Shown piece by piece: positions 30,692 through 32,785 of a stretch of 32,785 nucleotides of DNA. The notes beneath the pieces were generated by a model, which saw only the letters and a list, made by a program, of their open reading frames with translations, was not told where the DNA came from and searched no databases. The stretch's first letter is position 1. Every line of letters starts with the position of its first letter. Source of the DNA: Candidatus Zixiibacteriota bacterium (lineage in GTDB: Bacteria > Zixibacteria > MSB-5A5 > GN15 > FEB-12); NCBI GenBank assembly GCA_018816665.1, contig JAHIVM010000016.1:1-32785 (forward strand), written 5' to 3'. The position numbers and the translations under genes were made by a program.

Positions 30692-31018
30692 TTAGAGGAA
30701 TCTCAGGCGATCCTGGCCCCGATTGGACAGGAAATGGATATGAATGTGGTCGACTTCCTGACCCAGCCCGTTGTTGATCCGCAGTTGATAGTGCCCCGGG
30801 ATTCCCAGTTTTTCGGCGACTTCTTTGGCCGTCTCACACATCCGGGACATCACCCCGGCCGGCGTCTGCTGGAAATTTGGATGCTCCTGTTTGGCCACGA
30901 TCAGAAGATGAACCGGGGCCTGGGGGCGGTGGTCCGCGAAAACGATCATGTCCTCGGTTTCGTGAAATATCCTGGCCGGGATCTCCCGGTTAATGATTCT
31001 GGTAAACACTGATGCCAT
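30692..31018 (-). CDS. HIT (histidine triad) family protein
   Basis: I place the start at ATG 31018 (MASVFTRIINREIPARIFHE...). The histidine triad is HIHIHFL near the C-terminus. The track's TTG at 31060 adds an atypical extension. Confidence 0.85.
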   Translation of the reverse strand: MASVFTRIINREIPARIFHETEDMIVFADHRPQAPVHLLIVAKQEHPNFQQTPAGVMSRMCETAKEVAEKLGIPGHYQLRINNGLGQEVDHIHIHFLSNRGQDRLRFL

Positions 31019-31186
31019 GAAACACAATTTATAGCGCCGGGACCGTGGCGCAAGAATCAAGTGCGAGAGACTTTTCGATTACTTACGCACTTGCGAAGAA
31101 TCTTGTGCTTCAGTACATTAGGGGGTCAGGTCAGATTACCTGCATTACCTGAAAGTTTACGTTCTTGATATAACGGAGGATGGTTC

Positions 31187-31939
31187 ATGTCCGGTCATTC
31201 AAAATGGGCCACTATCAAGCGGAAAAAGGGGAAAGCCGATGCCGAGCGTGGCAAGATTTTCACCCGTTTGATCAAGGAATTGACAATCGCTGCCCGCGAC
31301 GGCGGCGGTGATCCCGATGGCAACCCGCGTTTGCGCACGGCCGTGGCGGCCGCCAAAGCAGCCAATATGCCCGCCGACAATATCAAGCGCGCCATCCTGA
31401 AAGGTACCGGCCAGTTGCCGGGCGTGGTGTATGAATCCATCACCTACGAGGGCTACGGCCCCGGCGGCGCGGCCCTGTATCTTGAGGTGCTGACCGACAA
31501 CAAAAACCGCACGGTGGCTGATATCCGTCACATCCTCTCCAAGTACGGCGGCAACCTGGGTGCGTCCGGCTGTGTGGCCTGGATGTTTGACAAAAAGGGT
31601 GTCATCACGGTCGACACGGAAGCCGCCGATGAAGACACGCTTCTGGAAGTTGCCCTGGAGGCCGGGGCCGAGGACATGACCAGCGATTCGGGATCGTTTG
31701 AAATTACGATGGACCCCGAGGTTGTTGACGATGTCCGCATGGCGCTCGAGGCCAAAGAGATCGCGATCGAATCGGCCGAGGTGACCATGGTGCCGCAAAA
31801 CACCACCAAGATTGAGAAGGAAAACGAGGCCAGCTCGATGTTGAAGATGTACGACCTGCTGGAAGAAAACGACGATGTCCAGAAGGTGTACTCGAACTTT
31901 GATATCGATCAGGATTTGCTGGAGAAACTGACCTCGTAG
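31187..31939 (+). CDS. yebC: YebC/PmpR family DNA-binding transcriptional regulator
   Basis: 250 aa, with the family-diagnostic [37 protein letters not shown]...GNPRLR. GGAGGA lies upstream of the ATG. Confidence 0.93.
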   Translation: MSGHSKWATIKRKKGKADAERGKIFTRLIKELTIAARDGGGDPDGNPRLRTAVAAAKAANMPADNIKRAILKGTGQLPGVVYESITYEGYGPGGAALYLEVLTDNKNRTVADIRHILSKYGGNLGASGCVAWMFDKKGVITVDTEAADEDTLLEVALEAGAEDMTSDSGSFEITMDPEVVDDVRMALEAKEIAIESAEVTMVPQNTTKIEKENEASSMLKMYDLLEENDDVQKVYSNFDIDQDLLEKLTS

Positions 31940-31956
31940 ATCGAACGCCGGGCACA

Positions 31957-32682
31957 GTGCCAATGGCTCAGCTACCTGAGAAGGATATACGGGGTCTGTT
32001 GATTGACCTCGACGGAGTTATGTATGTCGGCGACCATCCGGTCGCCGGCGCTGTTTCTGCCATCGAGTATCTGTGGGAGCGAGCCATCCCGTTTCGTTTC
32101 ACCACCAATACTACCACCAAATCGCTGGAATCACTCCGTCTCAAGTTGAACCGGCTGGGTGTCCCAGCGGAGTCTCACGAGATATTTGGCGTCATCCAGG
32201 TGGCACAGTCTTTGTTGCGAAGTAAGGGCGACCCGACCTGTTTGTTCCTGTTGACCGAAGATCCGCTCTCTGATTTCTCGGAGTTTCGCACGGATGACGA
32301 GAAGCCGGATGTGATCGTGGTTGGGGATATTGGCAAAGTGTGGGATTACAGACTGATGAACCGTTTGTGCCGGATGGTGATGAACGGTTCTGAGTTGATT
32401 GCGCTGCACAAGGGACGGTACTGGCAGACTGAGAACGGTCTGCGGGTGGACATCGGCGCGTTTGTGGCCGGGATCGAATATGTCACCGGAGTAGAGGCAC
32501 GAGTCGTCGGGAAGCCCTTGGCGGAGTTTTTTGGCCTGGCGGTGGACTCAATGGGACTGGAGCGATCACAGGTTGCCATGATCGGCGATGACATTGAGTC
32601 CGATGTCGGCGGCGCCCAGCGGGCCGGGATGTTGGGGGTGCTGGTGAAGACGGGAAAGTACCGCGCGGAGATCGCAGCGTGA
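31957..32682 (+). CDS. HAD-IIA family hydrolase (LHPP/TIGR01458-like), ending at a TGA that appears premature
   Basis: The start is GTG 31957 or ATG 31963. Motif I is LIDLDGVMY, motif II is FTTNTT, motif IV is GDDIESDVGGA. Homology-like sequence continues in frame past the TGA to a TAG at 32740-32742. Confidence 0.8.
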   Translation: MPMAQLPEKDIRGLLIDLDGVMYVGDHPVAGAVSAIEYLWERAIPFRFTTNTTTKSLESLRLKLNRLGVPAESHEIFGVIQVAQSLLRSKGDPTCLFLLTEDPLSDFSEFRTDDEKPDVIVVGDIGKVWDYRLMNRLCRMVMNGSELIALHKGRYWQTENGLRVDIGAFVAGIEYVTGVEARVVGKPLAEFFGLAVDSMGLERSQVAMIGDDIESDVGGAQRAGMLGVLVKTGKYRAEIAA

Positions 32683-32785
32683 TCATCGGTGACCCCGGAT
32701 GCGGTGATTGAGTCGATGGGGAGTGTGGGGACACTGTTGTAGGTTGTCAGGGTACCCCGCGTCTTCAGGGCCTGTTGAGAGAGTC

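Noticed and set aside
32680-32682. The TGA as selenocysteine, or as evidence of an alternative genetic code (TGA = Trp/Gly)
   Set aside because: Several well-defined genes in the window terminate at TGA exactly where their families end (for example deoC and the anti-sigma gene at 17191). I see no SECIS-like hairpin immediately downstream, and the family has no Cys/Sec position there.
1-32785. CRISPR arrays, rRNA, tmRNA, RNase P, SRP RNA, insertion sequences, prophage or toxin-antitoxin pairs
   Set aside because: No regularly spaced direct repeats, no transposase/integrase/phage-like ORFs, and none of the conserved strings of these RNAs were found by eye. The only RNA gene I can support is tRNA-Ala.

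Overview
Bacterial chromosomal segment. It is moderately GC-rich by eye, uses GGAGG-type Shine-Dalgarno sites, and has TTGACA/TATACT-type promoters. I count about 34 protein genes plus one tRNA-Ala(GGC). I found no transposase, integrase, CRISPR array or rRNA.

Gene order, left to right:
- A minus-strand unit: deoC, a Cys-rich mini-protein, an archaemetzincin-like protein and a YprA/MrfA-type DExH helicase. The helicase runs off the left edge and is missing from the ORF track.
- An ECF sigma / anti-sigma / lipoprotein operon.
- A DHA2-type MFS transporter and a self-contained tRNA-Ala unit.
- A secreted protein built from four copies of an unassigned domain.
- A hemerythrin and a second ECF sigma / anti-sigma pair.
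- A secreted PQQ-type sugar dehydrogenase with a Cys-rich dockerin-like tail.
- A DEDDh exonuclease fused to a WYL domain.
- A histidine ammonia-lyase whose MIO triad reads Ala-Cys-Gly.
- A roughly 700-nt hairpin-dense non-coding gap.
- A third ECF sigma / anti-sigma pair, translationally coupled to tandem ybjQ paralogues.
- DUF192, then three secreted hydrolases (S8 protease, DUF1028 Ntn-hydrolase, PPP-type phosphoesterase).
- rpsU-yqeY-cvpA, a terminator, then mutS2-dnaG-recN.
- HIT, yebC, and a HAD-IIA hydrolase interrupted by an in-frame TGA.

I see no complete, obviously novel multi-gene system. The best leads are:
- the degenerate archaemetzincin/helicase operon;
- the exonuclease-WYL fusion;
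- the Cys-containing MIO motif;
- the inverted GTGG-hairpin (REP/REPIN-like) pair inside the large non-coding gap;
- the ECF-ybjQ operon;
- the four-repeat secreted protein.

All family assignments come from motif recognition by eye, not from database searches.
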